Assembly: GCA_003327435.1 (NCBI GenBank)
Contig: QOQV01000004.1
Coordinates: 1,037 to 65,036 of the forward strand
DNA length: 64,000 nucleotides
Direction: 5' to 3'
Source: Ignavibacteriota bacterium
GTDB taxonomy: Bacteria > Bacteroidota > Ignavibacteria > UBA10030 > BY39
The notes under the pieces were generated by a model. It saw nothing but the letters and a program-made list of their open reading frames with translations. It was not told the origin of the DNA and made no database searches. Positions 27,039 through 37,992 of the stretch are shown piece by piece (within the stretch, counting starts at the first letter, position 1; the number at the start of each line of letters is the position of its first letter). The translations under genes were made by a program, and so were the position numbers.

Positions 27039-27950
27039 TTAACCGATTTTCTGACGCTTACTCAAATACTGAAACAATGCTACATCAAATGGTACTGATG
27101 TATCCAATAGAACATAATCAATATTATTCTCCCTACATTCTTTCTTATAATACTCTAAAAACTTTCTCATTTCTTCCTGATATGCCTTTTGTAAATGGTA
27201 TGGTTGAGTTGTGATTTCTTCTTTTGTTTCCATATCACGGAAGATGGCATCTCCCCCGAATGCAAAACTTTTTTCGATGGGATCAAGTATTTGCATTACA
27301 ATTACTTCATTCTTTTTATGTCTGAAATGTTTAAGAGCTGTAACCACATCTTTAGCATTATCGAACAAGTCGCTTAAGATTATCACCAGTCCGCGTCTTT
27401 TTATTCTTTCAGCAATGAGATGAAGTGTTGAAGCAGTTCCTGTTTTTCCTTCTGCCTGTGTTTTACCAAGCTGATAAAGTATCTCTTTAAGGTACGCTTT
27501 TGTGGCGTGCGGAGGCATATATATACGGAGTTTTTCATCGTAAACGGTTAGGCCAACAGCATCGCGTTGTTGAACCATTAAATATGCAAGCGCAGCTGAT
27601 ACATAAGCTGCATACTCAAGTTTGGAAATTCTTTTAGAAGATGAAAAAGCCATTGAGCGACTCGCATCGAGAATTATGTAAGCTTTCAGATTGGTTTCCT
27701 CCTCAAATTGCTTGATGAAAAAGCGATCCGTTCTTCCATATATTTTCCAATCAATGTGTTTTGGTTCATCACCAGGCATATATTGCCTGTGTTCTGCAAA
27801 CTCCACACTGAAACCATGATAAGGACTTTTGTGCAAACCTGTAATAAATCCTTCAACTACGAGTCGTGCAATTAACTCCAGATTACCAAGTTTTGCAACA
27901 AAATCAGGTTTTAAGTATTGTTTATAATCTTCTCTATTAAATTCTTGCAA
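27039..27950 (-). CDS. DUF58 vWA-domain protein (MoxR-associated type)
   Basis: G.HKSPYHGFSVEFAEHRQY.PGD...IDWK, DASRSM MIDAS-like motif, LSDL. Confidence 0.88.
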   Translation of the reverse strand: MQEFNREDYKQYLKPDFVAKLGNLELIARLVVEGFITGLHKSPYHGFSVEFAEHRQYMPGDEPKHIDWKIYGRTDRFFIKQFEEETNLKAYIILDASRSMAFSSSKRISKLEYAAYVSAALAYLMVQQRDAVGLTVYDEKLRIYMPPHATKAYLKEILYQLGKTQAEGKTGTASTLHLIAERIKRRGLVIILSDLFDNAKDVVTALKHFRHKKNEVIVMQILDPIEKSFAFGGDAIFRDMETKEEITTQPYHLQKAYQEEMRKFLEYYKKECRENNIDYVLLDTSVPFDVALFQYLSKRQKIG

Positions 27951-27964
27951 CGATTATTTCTTAT

Positions 27965-28462
27965 TTATTTCTTTTCTTTAGAAACAATTTCTGGTGGTAT
28001 CAACTCTTCTGGATTTTTTCCAAGAGTTTGAATTTCAATTTGTGCCGATTGTGTTAGTTCGTGATCAGGATATTTGTTTAAAAATTCTTCGTAAGCCGAT
28101 TTTGCTTTATCAAGTTGATGCAGTTGATTATTATATATAAAGCCAATTAAGAATAATGCTTTAGGAGCATTCGAATGCTCAGGAAACATTTCAACGAAAT
28201 TTCTATATTCTTCGATAGCATTCTCAAATTCGTGTAAATCGTTATTATAAATTGAGGCAATGTAAAACTGTGCATCAGGAGCTTTTTCACTCTTTGGGAA
28301 CTCTTTCACAAACTGTTTTAATTTTTCTATTGCTTCTTTATGTTTGCCTTCCTCAATTAATGTTTGAGATTGTTTCCAGAGTTCTTCTTCCGAAACGCGG
28401 CTGCAAGAAACAAAATACAGGATTGGGAATGCTATCATAAAGAACAAAAGATATTTTTTCAT
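27965..28462 (-). CDS. TPR-repeat lipoprotein (YbgF/BamD-like)
   Basis: Lipobox FVS-C; repeated F..EFP.S..AP.A.F TPR units. Confidence 0.75.
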   Translation of the reverse strand: MKKYLLFFMIAFPILYFVSCSRVSEEELWKQSQTLIEEGKHKEAIEKLKQFVKEFPKSEKAPDAQFYIASIYNNDLHEFENAIEEYRNFVEMFPEHSNAPKALFLIGFIYNNQLHQLDKAKSAYEEFLNKYPDHELTQSAQIEIQTLGKNPEELIPPEIVSKEKK

Positions 28463-28484
28463 ATTTCAATATACTCCTTATTTA

Positions 28485-29390
28485 TTAGATTAAAATTTTA
28501 GGTGAATTCATTTGAGAATTTATGTAAGCCCTTGCCATTTTTGGGGTATTGTATGCGACACCAAATTCACCTCTGTTATTTAAGGCAATTACTCCACCAA
28601 AGCCATCGGCTTTTTCTTTAAGGATTTTAATTCCTTTTTCGGCTGCTGCCTGTGGATCACCATTATTAAATTCCATTAGATCGATAACAGTTTTAGCCAT
28701 AACGACTTTAATCATAGCTTCGCCCCAGCCGGTGGTTGAGACACCACCAATAGATGTATCAGCATAAGTTCCACAACCTATAAGTGGGGAGTCTCCAACT
28801 CTACCTGGATGTTTGTTGAAGGTTCCGCCTGTAGATGTTCCAGCACATATATTGCCTGAAGAATCAAGAGCAACTGCACCTACAGTACCAGCAGGTGTAT
28901 GAAATTTGAAAGCATCTTTAGTGGAAAAACCATTTTTACCTTGAATACTTTTCCATTTTAAGATTTCTCTTTCTATACGCAGATCATCCTGTGAGCAAAT
29001 CGATATTCCATGTTGAATAGCGAATTTCTCAGCTCCACTACCAACAAGAAAAATATGTTCGCTTTCATCCATAATTTTTCTACAAAGTGATATAGGATTC
29101 TTTATATTTTTTACAGCTGCAACAGAACCACATCTGAAAGTAGAACCATTCATAATACTTGCATCCAGTTCGACTTCACCATCAGCATTTAGGTGAGAAC
29201 CTCGGCCAGCATCAAAAGTAATATCATCCTCAAGGTAATTGATGACTTTTTCTACAGCATCAACGGCACTACCACCGTTTGATAAAATTTCCCAGCCAAT
29301 ATTTAGGGCTTTCGAAACTCCAAGCTTATGAGCTTCAACAAGCTCATCTGGAATATCCCACGCACCACCATGAATAATTAATGAAATCAT
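28485..29390 (-). CDS. iaaA: isoaspartyl peptidase/L-asparaginase (Ntn hydrolase)
   Basis: IHGGAW, ELDASIM, GTVGAVALD (Thr nucleophile), TSTGG, GRVGDSP, TG.GE. Confidence 0.9.
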   Translation of the reverse strand: MISLIIHGGAWDIPDELVEAHKLGVSKALNIGWEILSNGGSAVDAVEKVINYLEDDITFDAGRGSHLNADGEVELDASIMNGSTFRCGSVAAVKNIKNPISLCRKIMDESEHIFLVGSGAEKFAIQHGISICSQDDLRIEREILKWKSIQGKNGFSTKDAFKFHTPAGTVGAVALDSSGNICAGTSTGGTFNKHPGRVGDSPLIGCGTYADTSIGGVSTTGWGEAMIKVVMAKTVIDLMEFNNGDPQAAAEKGIKILKEKADGFGGVIALNNRGEFGVAYNTPKMARAYINSQMNSPKILI

Positions 29391-29474
29391 ACTATTTTTA
29401 TATTTTGAGCAAATTTATGAAAAATTTTTCCCATAAACAATTTAACTTGTCTTTACTTTTTCCTTTATATAACA

Positions 29475-30308
29475 TTATTTTGTTATCAATAAGATTTTTG
29501 TGACTGTTGTAAATGTTTTTCTTCCAAATGTAAAAACAATCTCATCCTTTTTTGAAACTGTTCCTTTGTCAAAAAAATCATCTATTTTTTGAAATACAAG
29601 ATCAAAATTTCTTTTTAATTCCCAACTTTTTTCAGGATTTTCTTTGTCCAATAATACAACAAATAATCTATTGTCAGCACCAAATCGTTGAGCACCTTGA
29701 TTTTCATACATCCAAATTGCCAAGTCAGATGGTTTCTTTATTGCATTAGTTGGATTATATTCGCGCGGCAAATAAGTCACTTTTAAATCAAAAGGTTGAC
29801 CAGCAAAGAAAATATCAATTCCTTTTATGTTTTTGATAGTGGGTATTACATTTTTGTGAGTGCCTATATGTTCTTCAATCAATACGGTTGTCCAGTGGTT
29901 AAACCACGTGCAAATTACATAGTTTGTTACATCATTGTGAAGTTTTGCCTTTACATTATTTAGTAAATCCTCGTAACGGACAATTCTTCGGACATATTCA
30001 GTTTGTATCTTTTGATCTAATTGTCCTTGAACTACACCCCAGGAAAAAGTTTTGACTTTTAACAACTCCTTCTTTAAATCTTCATCAGAAATAATTGCTC
30101 TTCGCTCTTGAATTTTCTCTCTATATTTTTGTTTGATAAATTTATCAATAACTTCTTCGTCTGGGTGTTTTTCTAAAATTCTCTTAATAATCACTGATGT
30201 GGATCCAGTGTTTGAAATACCCAAATTTATCGCAAGTACTTGTAATTGTGCAAGGGGAATACAACTTAACTTTAGTTTCAAAACCTCTTTTTGACTTAAC
30301 ATTGGCAC
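29475..30308 (-). CDS. putative type II restriction endonuclease (PD-(D/E)xK)
   Basis: GIDIFF...PFDLKVT catalytic-like motif and YENQG..RF..NRLF; directly downstream of a DNA methyltransferase. Confidence 0.6.
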   Translation of the reverse strand: MPMLSQKEVLKLKLSCIPLAQLQVLAINLGISNTGSTSVIIKRILEKHPDEEVIDKFIKQKYREKIQERRAIISDEDLKKELLKVKTFSWGVVQGQLDQKIQTEYVRRIVRYEDLLNNVKAKLHNDVTNYVICTWFNHWTTVLIEEHIGTHKNVIPTIKNIKGIDIFFAGQPFDLKVTYLPREYNPTNAIKKPSDLAIWMYENQGAQRFGADNRLFVVLLDKENPEKSWELKRNFDLVFQKIDDFFDKGTVSKKDEIVFTFGRKTFTTVTKILLITK

Positions 30309-30320
30309 AATTCTTTTCTC

Positions 30321-31472
30321 CTATTTTTTCTTGAATAGCATAATGTATTCATGCTTAAAGATATAAAATCCACCAACTAGTGCTCTATAACGCCATAATT
30401 CTTTTTGATTTCTTTTACCTCGCGTTTCCTCAAAATTTTTTACAATTATGCTTTTTAACACATAACCTCTTTTTAATACCTCCTGCATGCAATAGAAACC
30501 TAAAGGTATCCATTCACCTTTGGAGTATTTATCACCTATGATAAGAGCAAAGTATCGTCCCTTTTCTAAATATGGAGTTGCAGTATCTACTACCTCACCA
30601 AACATCCTTAAAAATTCTTCAGTGTCCTTTGCATTTGAAAGGTCATTTTTGTCTTTTGAAAATTTGATAATATCGTGATAGGGCGGATGCATAATGAGAA
30701 GTTGAATTTGTTTAATGCCAAACTTTTCCAAGATTGATTTTATATTAATCGTCCTGCTATCGCCAACAAATACTTCGCTTACCACATTGTCCTTATTTGT
30801 TTCTCTTTCAATCAGTTCTTTTGCTTTTTGAGCGACATCAGGATTTAGTTCAATACCAATTCCGTTTCTGCCTAATCTTCTGCATTCAATTAAGGTAGTG
30901 CCACTTCCAACAAATGGATCTAAAACACATTCACCTTTCTTAGTATATCTCAGTATCATTTGATGTGGTATTTGTGGGATAAAATTACCCCAATACCAAC
31001 CGAGATGTGCCCCTGAGGTATCTCTTTTACCTAATATCCAAAGGCTATCAGTAATAATATCATCGTATTCTTTCCATCTGAGGAGATTAATATCATTAAT
31101 TTTGCTAGTTTTAACTTTTTGGATACTCTCTAACAATCTCTTAAGGTAATATATTGCCCTCTCAAGCGTATGTGATTCTAAAATCTGATCTAACTCATCA
31201 GTAAGCACATCTCGGCGTAAGGATATCGTATCTCCATTAGAATCTATATTTAATATACCTCGATAATCTTTTGCTTTCTTTGTCACAATATCTTTTAAAT
31301 TCGTTACTTCTTTTTTGATTGAATTTAGAGCTTCTACCTTCAATATTCCAGAGATTACCTCAATAAATTTTTCCTTATTAATAATTGACATTCCCTGAGA
31401 CAAAGATGAAAATTCTAAACTTTCGATAACTAACTGCTTATCTTCCTTATTATTTTTAATGTTATTTTTCAA
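30321..31472 (-). CDS. amino-DNA methyltransferase (N4-C/N6-A) with an N-terminal extension
   Basis: GNFIPQIP, VLDPFVGSGTT (motif I), GIELN, MHPPY (motif IV), IGDKY. Confidence 0.85.
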   Translation of the reverse strand: MKNNIKNNKEDKQLVIESLEFSSLSQGMSIINKEKFIEVISGILKVEALNSIKKEVTNLKDIVTKKAKDYRGILNIDSNGDTISLRRDVLTDELDQILESHTLERAIYYLKRLLESIQKVKTSKINDINLLRWKEYDDIITDSLWILGKRDTSGAHLGWYWGNFIPQIPHQMILRYTKKGECVLDPFVGSGTTLIECRRLGRNGIGIELNPDVAQKAKELIERETNKDNVVSEVFVGDSRTINIKSILEKFGIKQIQLLIMHPPYHDIIKFSKDKNDLSNAKDTEEFLRMFGEVVDTATPYLEKGRYFALIIGDKYSKGEWIPLGFYCMQEVLKRGYVLKSIIVKNFEETRGKRNQKELWRYRALVGGFYIFKHEYIMLFKKK

Positions 31473-31577
31473 TTTTAAGAATTAAACTCAATAGATTCTT
31501 CTTAAGTAAAATCATTTTTACAAAAAAACCAACAGCATATGATAGCCAATCGGCGATCATTTATAAATTAAGCTAAA

Positions 31578-32633
31578 TTACGCAACCGTCACTTCTTTGC
31601 AGAGGTATACATCCTGAATTGCATTTAATATTTTAACTCCTTCACTCATAGGTCTCTGGAATGCCTTTCTACCTGAAATCAGTCCCATACCACCTGCTCG
31701 CTTATTGATCACTGCTGTACGAACTGCCTCGGCATAATCATTTTCACCTGATGGACCACCTGAATTTATCAATCCAATCCTTCCCATATAACCATTTGCA
31801 ACCTGATAACGAGTCAAGTCAATGGGATGATCACTGCAAAGTTCTGTGTACATTTTTTTATGTGACTTACCAAACTTGAGAGCTGTAAAACCACCATTGT
31901 TTTCAGGTAGTTTCTGCTTGATAATATCAGCTTCAATAGTTGCACCAAGATGATCTGCCTGTCCTGTTAAATCAGCAGCAAGGTGATAATCTTTCTCGGG
32001 TGTCTGGAAAGCTGGATTTCTCAGATAGCACCACAATATTGTAACCATACCAAGTTGATGTGCTTCGTGAAACATTTTACTCACTTCCTGAATCTGTCGA
32101 TTAGATTCAGCAGAACCAAAGTAAATTGTTGCACCAACTGCTACAGCACCCATATCATAAGCTTGGCGAACATTTGCAAACAGAATCTGGTCATGTTTAT
32201 TTGGATAAGTTAAAAGTTCGTTGTGGTTAAATTTCAGGATGAATGGAATTTTGTGAGCATATTTTCTTGCAACCGCACCAAGTACACCAAGAGTGGAAGC
32301 AACTGCATTACATCCACCTTCTATTGCGAGCTTGACAATATTTTCAGGATCAAAATAAATTGGATTTGGAGCAAACGATGCACCTGCTGAATGTTCAATA
32401 CCCTGATCCACAGGTAAAATTGATAAATATCCCGTACCTTTCAATCTTCCAGTGTTAAAAAGTGTTTGCAAGCTACGCAGAACTGATACCGGCCTGTCTG
32501 AATCTGCAAATACCTTATCGACAAAATCAGGTGATGGTAAATGGAGCATTTCCTTGGGAATGCCTGTACATTTGTGGTTTAGTAAACTATCAGCTTCGTT
32601 GCCAAGTAGTTTTTCTATCTCATTAATTGTCAT
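31578..32633 (-). CDS. fbaB: class I fructose-bisphosphate aldolase (DhnA type)
   Basis: [45 protein letters not shown]. Confidence 0.95.
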   Translation of the reverse strand: MTINEIEKLLGNEADSLLNHKCTGIPKEMLHLPSPDFVDKVFADSDRPVSVLRSLQTLFNTGRLKGTGYLSILPVDQGIEHSAGASFAPNPIYFDPENIVKLAIEGGCNAVASTLGVLGAVARKYAHKIPFILKFNHNELLTYPNKHDQILFANVRQAYDMGAVAVGATIYFGSAESNRQIQEVSKMFHEAHQLGMVTILWCYLRNPAFQTPEKDYHLAADLTGQADHLGATIEADIIKQKLPENNGGFTALKFGKSHKKMYTELCSDHPIDLTRYQVANGYMGRIGLINSGGPSGENDYAEAVRTAVINKRAGGMGLISGRKAFQRPMSEGVKILNAIQDVYLCKEVTVA

Positions 32634-32756
32634 TTTAACACCTCATAAAATTTATTTTTGGAATTTTTTATTTAATATACGAAATTGTTAGAGAAATAAA
32701 AAGATTGATTTTAATTAACATTTTTATTATAATTGCATCGATAAAATTTTTATAAA

Positions 32757-33221
32757 ATGACTAAAACTGAAGCTAATGAAGAAAAAGTACTGATAACCAA
32801 CAGAAAAGCTCAACACGATTATTTCATAATCGAAACTTATGAAGCAGGAATTGTTCTTAAAGGTACTGAAGTTAAATCACTTAGAGCAGGAAATGCAAAC
32901 CTGCAGGATAGTTTTGCAGTTATCAAAAACGGCGAAGTATGGCTGGAGAATATGCATATAAGTCACTATCCACAAGCAAGTTATAACAATCATGAACCCA
33001 AGCGAGATAGAAAACTTCTCCTTCATAAAAAAGAAATCAGAAGATTGAAGAACAAGCTTGAGGAAAAAGGTACTACATTAGTACCATTAAGAGTTTATTT
33101 AAAAAAACAAAAAATCAAGATTGAGCTTGCACTTGCTCGTGGCAAAAAGAGTTTTGATAAACGCGAAGCCATAGCAAAGCGTGAAACTGAAAGAGAAATT
33201 AAAAGAAAGTATGCATTATAA
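32757..33221 (+). CDS. smpB: SsrA-binding protein
   Basis: NRKA.HDY, EAGIVL.GTEVKSLR, RKLLLHK.EI, GKK.FDKRE. Confidence 0.97.
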   Translation: MTKTEANEEKVLITNRKAQHDYFIIETYEAGIVLKGTEVKSLRAGNANLQDSFAVIKNGEVWLENMHISHYPQASYNNHEPKRDRKLLLHKKEIRRLKNKLEEKGTTLVPLRVYLKKQKIKIELALARGKKSFDKREAIAKRETEREIKRKYAL

Positions 33222-33247
33222 ACTAAATAGGAGAATAAATAAAGAAA

Positions 33248-34465
33248 TTGTTTCCGTCAGTAAATGAGCAGATGGATTTAATCAAGCGCGGAGTGAGCGA
33301 GATTATTCAGGAAGACAGCCTGGTTGAGAAACTTGAGAAATCCATAAAACTAAACAAACCACTCACCATAAAATTAGGATGCGACCCCAGCCGTCCAGAC
33401 TTACATTTAGGCCATTCAGTAGTACTTCGTAAGCTCAGACATTTTCAGGATCTCGGTCACGAAGCGGTTTTAATAATTGGTGACTTCACAGGAATGATAG
33501 GCGATCCATCAGGAAAAAGTAAAACCCGCCCTTCTCTCACACTTGAAGAAACACGTAAGAATGGACAAACATATTTTGAACAAGCAACAAAAATACTTTC
33601 TACAAAAAATATTAAGATGTTATACAATTCTGAATGGTTGAGCAAAATGACTTTTGCGGAAGTTATTATTCTTGCAAGTAAGTACACTGTTGCTCGCATG
33701 CTCGAAAGAGATGATTTTGAAAAAAGATATCGTGAAGGTGAACCAATTAGTATTCATGAGTTCCTCTACCCTCTTGCACAAGCTATGGATTCAGTAGCCA
33801 TAAAAGCAGATGTTGAACTTGGTGGAACCGACCAGAAATTTAATTTACTGGTAGGTAGAGATATTCAAAGAGAATTCGGACAGGAACCTCAAATTGCTAT
33901 CACAATGCCAATTCTAACAGGTATAGATGGGGTGGAAAAAATGAGTAAATCTCTGGACAATTACATCGGAATTACAGACCCACCTGGAGAGATGTATGGT
34001 AAAACTTTATCCATACCTGATGAATTAATTTATGATTATTTTTTACTAACGACTGACATTTCAGATAGTGAGCTCAAATTCATCAAAGAAGAAATTCGCA
34101 CCAAACCAAGAGATGCGAAACGTTTGCTGGCGCGAACATTGGTAAAAATGTACTGGTCGGCAGAAGCCGCTTTACAAGCAGAAGCTGAATTCGATCGCCT
34201 GTTTGTTAAAAAAGAACTACCAGAAATTATTGATGAATTCATACTAAATACAAATGATAAAGAAATTAATATAGTCAACCTTTTATTTGATACTAAACTT
34301 GTAAATTCTAAGAGTGAAGCCAGAAGGTTAATCGAACAGGGTGGAGTTAGTATTGATGGCAACAGAATAAATGATGTGAATGAAAATGTGCCACTTGAAG
34401 ATACATTCGTTATCAAGGTGGGAAAAAGAAAATTTTTAAAAATCGTAATACAAAAAAACAAATAA
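33248..34465 (+). CDS. tyrS: tyrosine--tRNA ligase
   Basis: [26 protein letters not shown]-terminal S4 domain ending VGKRKF. Confidence 0.97.
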   Translation: MFPSVNEQMDLIKRGVSEIIQEDSLVEKLEKSIKLNKPLTIKLGCDPSRPDLHLGHSVVLRKLRHFQDLGHEAVLIIGDFTGMIGDPSGKSKTRPSLTLEETRKNGQTYFEQATKILSTKNIKMLYNSEWLSKMTFAEVIILASKYTVARMLERDDFEKRYREGEPISIHEFLYPLAQAMDSVAIKADVELGGTDQKFNLLVGRDIQREFGQEPQIAITMPILTGIDGVEKMSKSLDNYIGITDPPGEMYGKTLSIPDELIYDYFLLTTDISDSELKFIKEEIRTKPRDAKRLLARTLVKMYWSAEAALQAEAEFDRLFVKKELPEIIDEFILNTNDKEINIVNLLFDTKLVNSKSEARRLIEQGGVSIDGNRINDVNENVPLEDTFVIKVGKRKFLKIVIQKNK

Positions 34466-34481
34466 GAATGGAGATGAGAAA

Positions 34482-35027
34482 TTGTATGTACCCACAAAAA
34501 TCTTTTTTACAAAAGGTGTAGGCAGACACAAAGATTACCTACAATCATTTGAGTTAGCTTTAAGAGATGCCAAAATTGAAAAATGCAATCTTGTAACAGT
34601 ATCGAGTATATTTCCTCCTGGTTGTAAAAGGATTTCAACGGATGAAGGTATAAAACTCCTCCAGCCCGGTGAAATAACATTTTGTGTAATGGCTCGAAAT
34701 TCAACAAATGAGCCCAACAGATTAATTGCAGCTTCTATTGGAGTTGCAACACCGGCAGATTCAAGTGCTTATGGTTATTTATCTGAACATCATCCATTTG
34801 GAGAAACAGATGAAAAGGCAGGCGAATACGCTGAAGATTTAGCAGCCACTATGCTTGCAACAACTCTTGGACTGGAATTTAATCCAGATGATGCATGGGA
34901 CGAGAGAGAAAAAATCTATAAAATGAGCGGTAAAATAGTTAAAACCTTTAACATTACACAATCAGCAGAAGGCGATAAGAATGGACTCTGGACAACTGTA
35001 ATCGCTTGCGCAATACTCTTACCTTAA
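34482..35027 (+). CDS. pdaD: pyruvoyl-dependent arginine decarboxylase
   Basis: [10 protein letters not shown]...NLV.VSSI.PP (Ser-Ser self-cleavage site), YGYLSEHH. Confidence 0.9.
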   Translation: MYVPTKIFFTKGVGRHKDYLQSFELALRDAKIEKCNLVTVSSIFPPGCKRISTDEGIKLLQPGEITFCVMARNSTNEPNRLIAASIGVATPADSSAYGYLSEHHPFGETDEKAGEYAEDLAATMLATTLGLEFNPDDAWDEREKIYKMSGKIVKTFNITQSAEGDKNGLWTTVIACAILLP

Positions 35028-35035
35028 CGAATTTT

Positions 35036-35067
35036 GCCAGAGGGTTAATATACTCTCTGGCTTTATT
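35036..35067 (+). terminator. Rho-independent terminator after smpB-tyrS-pdaD
   Basis: Stem GCCAGAGGGT/ACTCTCTGGC followed by TTTATT, between convergent genes. Confidence 0.65.
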
Positions 35068-35069
35068 AA

Positions 35070-35723
35070 TTATTTCTTATTCCTTTTAACTTTTAACAAT
35101 TTATGTTTATTCTTTACAGCAGATTGATCTAAATAAGCATTTTTAAATTTACAATGGAATTTCTTAAGGTGAGTTCTTACAGTTTGCGGGCTGATATATA
35201 ATTTTTCTGCAATCTGCTTATATGTAAATCCTTCACAATACAAACTGGCAATTTGCTTTTCCCTTGGCGTTAAATTTAATTCGTAAATATTTAAATATTT
35301 TTCAGAAAGTATTTTAAAAAATTTTCCTTTTACATTTTCCGAAAGGAAAATACCTCCTAATGAACAAACCTGTATTGCCTGTAAAATTGTTTCCAATTTA
35401 TACGGTGATAACACATAACCCTGAATCTCCTCCATTAATATTTTATCAAGTTCGATTTCTAACTCGTTATCAATTATTCCTATAATTATTAACTTTTTAT
35501 TCCTTGCTCTAAGCTGTCTTAATAGTTCATTCCCTTTTAAAATCAATTTGCTATCAATAAAAAGAACATCAATTAAATCATCTTGAATTTTCGGGAGTAC
35601 TTCCTTCGTACTTGTAAATTTTCCTGCATAATGGAGCTTATCTGATTGAGAAAGTAAATTATAAAAATTTTTAGATAACTGATCTTCATCCCAAAAAATC
35701 GCCACCCTAATTTTCTGGTTCAT
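35070..35723 (-). CDS. NarL/LuxR-family regulator with an atypical receiver domain
   Basis: C-terminal LTPREKQI...G.TYKQIAEKLYISPQTVRTHLK HTH; receiver-like N-terminus. Confidence 0.8.
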   Translation of the reverse strand: MNQKIRVAIFWDEDQLSKNFYNLLSQSDKLHYAGKFTSTKEVLPKIQDDLIDVLFIDSKLILKGNELLRQLRARNKKLIIIGIIDNELEIELDKILMEEIQGYVLSPYKLETILQAIQVCSLGGIFLSENVKGKFFKILSEKYLNIYELNLTPREKQIASLYCEGFTYKQIAEKLYISPQTVRTHLKKFHCKFKNAYLDQSAVKNKHKLLKVKRNKK

Positions 35724-35783
35724 AAAATTTCAGTTTTAATTTTTCTAAATAATATAAAGTTAAATTATTTGCCTGCCGCTTAA

Positions 35784-36479
35784 CTAGTTAAAAAGTTTTT
35801 GATATTTTAGAACATTTTCGACATAAGATATAGTCTGCCGCCAGCCACCAAAGTAGCCATATCTGGGTTTCCCACCATCCCAGACTGACCTGTGCAGTGT
35901 ATAGTATCGCTTTGATAGTAGCGGCAGTGCGTTTTGGATTGCCCGCCATGATAGCGGGTCTTCTCCTAAGTATGCAACCAGTTCCTGAGCGTCATAAATT
36001 CTGCTTGGTCCAGCATTATAAGCTGCAAGTGCCAAGCAAATTCTATCTGCTTCATTTGCTTTTTCAAATAAACTATAAAGTTTCGAAAAATAGCTAACGC
36101 CAACATCTATATTACGCATTGGCTCAAACACATCTAATGAATCCATTCCGAAATCCTGTTGTGTGGAAGGATGTATTTGCATTAATCCTTGTGCTCCTTT
36201 GGCACTAACAGCATTTGGATCAAATTGAGATTCCTGTTTGATAATTGCCCAAATTAATCGCCAATCAAGATTCAATGGTTTAGTTTTCTCTATAGTAAAA
36301 TTTTTATACTCCCATCGGGCACCAGGATTATACATTTTTTTATTCGATAGTTCTATTTTCCGACCAACTTCCTCATTTAGAAATGAAGAACCCTCCCCGA
36401 TACTGTAATTATATACAGTACGATTGGGAATCAACAATAAAGGTATAAAAATGAGGAATATTTTGGTTAATAACTTCAT
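35784..36479 (-). CDS. lytic transglycosylase (SLT domain, MltF C-terminal-like)
   Basis: LDWRL..A.IKQESQF, GA.GLMQ, ALAAYNAG. Confidence 0.88.
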   Translation of the reverse strand: MKLLTKIFLIFIPLLLIPNRTVYNYSIGEGSSFLNEEVGRKIELSNKKMYNPGARWEYKNFTIEKTKPLNLDWRLIWAIIKQESQFDPNAVSAKGAQGLMQIHPSTQQDFGMDSLDVFEPMRNIDVGVSYFSKLYSLFEKANEADRICLALAAYNAGPSRIYDAQELVAYLGEDPLSWRAIQNALPLLSKRYYTLHRSVWDGGKPRYGYFGGWRQTISYVENVLKYQKLFN

Positions 36480-36639
36480 TTATTTAAAATTGTGGTTTTT
36501 ATCAAAATTTAGAAGGTTTTTAAATTTAAGCATCATTAATTTAACCTATTTTCATTTAAAAGTCAAATCAAATATGTGATGGCTATCAATCAATTGTAAA
36601 ATTCCCTAAAAATGTTTAGATTTTCTAAAAAAATTTTTT

Positions 36640-37926
36640 ATGAATACCAAATTATCTGATATTCTTTTCGAAAAAGCTAAAAATCTTATACCTGGAGGTG
36701 TTAACTCACCTGTGCGGGCATTTAAATCTGTTGGGAGAAATCCACTTTTCATTAGCAAAGCACTCGGCTCTCGAATCTATGATATAGATGGAAACGAGTT
36801 CATAGATTATGTTGGCTCATGGGGGCCTATGTTATTGGGTCATTCACACCCAAAGATTTTAGCTGCAATTGAACAAGCGCTTAAAAATGGTACCAGCTTT
36901 GGAGCACCAACCGAATTAGAAGTAAAAATTGCCGAATTAATTACTAAAATGGTATCCTCAATTGAGATGGTAAGAATGGTGAACTCGGGCACTGAAGCAA
37001 CAATGAGTGCAATCCGTCTTGCAAGAGCCTTTACTGGAAAAAGCAAAATTATCAAATTTGAGGGGTGCTATCATGGCCATGCCGATACATTTCTAATAAA
37101 AGCTGGTTCAGGGGCAATGACCTTTGGAATTCCAGATAGTCCAGGCATTCCCGAAGGTATCGCTCAATATACTCTCACTGCGAGATTTAATGATATCCAT
37201 TCTGTTGAGCAACTGATTGCAAATAACAAAAATCAGATAGCAGCGCTGATTGTGGAACCAGTTGTAGGAAATATGGGATGTATTCCACCAAAAGGTAACT
37301 TTTTAAATGATCTTAGAACCATATGTGATAAAGAAAATATTATCCTGATTTTTGATGAAGTTATGACTGGATTCAGGTTAGCAGTTGGTGGTGCACAGGA
37401 ACTTTATAAGATTAAACCGGATCTTACAACACTCGGAAAGATAATTGGTGGAGGTTTACCAGTTGGTGCATATGGTGGAAGAAAAGAAATTATGCAATTA
37501 GTCGCCCCAAGTGGACCAATGTACCAGGCAGGAACATTATCAGGCAACCCGATTGCAATGGCAGCGGGTTACGAAATGCTTTCGATAATTATGAGTGATC
37601 AAAACATTTATAAAACTCTTGAGATAACTGCTCAACGATTAGAAAATGGAATAAAGAAAATTCTTAATGAAAATGGTTTAAATTATCAAATCAATAGAGT
37701 AGGTTCAATGTTTACACTTTTCTTCACTGAATCTGAAGTATATGATTATGATTCTGCAAAAAAAAGTGATACTCAGAAATTTGCAAAATTTTTTAATCAG
37801 ATGTTAGAACATGGAATTTACTTACCACCATCACAATTCGAAGCGGCATTCATCTCGACTGCTCATACTTTAGAAGACATTGATAGAACAATAAAAGCAT
37901 TTGAGGAAGTCATAAAATCAATTTAA
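36640..37926 (+). CDS. hemL: glutamate-1-semialdehyde 2,1-aminomutase
   Basis: [55 protein letters not shown]. Confidence 0.97.
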   Translation: MNTKLSDILFEKAKNLIPGGVNSPVRAFKSVGRNPLFISKALGSRIYDIDGNEFIDYVGSWGPMLLGHSHPKILAAIEQALKNGTSFGAPTELEVKIAELITKMVSSIEMVRMVNSGTEATMSAIRLARAFTGKSKIIKFEGCYHGHADTFLIKAGSGAMTFGIPDSPGIPEGIAQYTLTARFNDIHSVEQLIANNKNQIAALIVEPVVGNMGCIPPKGNFLNDLRTICDKENIILIFDEVMTGFRLAVGGAQELYKIKPDLTTLGKIIGGGLPVGAYGGRKEIMQLVAPSGPMYQAGTLSGNPIAMAAGYEMLSIIMSDQNIYKTLEITAQRLENGIKKILNENGLNYQINRVGSMFTLFFTESEVYDYDSAKKSDTQKFAKFFNQMLEHGIYLPPSQFEAAFISTAHTLEDIDRTIKAFEEVIKSI

Positions 37927-37942
37927 AATCATTCACTACAAT

Positions 37943-37973
37943 AAAAAAAGCCATCCAAATGGATGGCTTTTTT
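37943..37973. terminator. bidirectional Rho-independent terminator
   Basis: A7-GCCATCC-AAAT-GGATGGC-T6, between convergent hemL and the pilus operon. Confidence 0.85.
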
Positions 37974-37992
37974 ATTAAGCTTGAACTTACAA

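Noticed and set aside
34482-35027. Arginine decarboxylase as polyamine partner of the spermidine-synthase-like protein
   Set aside because: It lies 9 kb away in the smpB-tyrS operon, and the membrane protein's catalytic motifs are degenerate.
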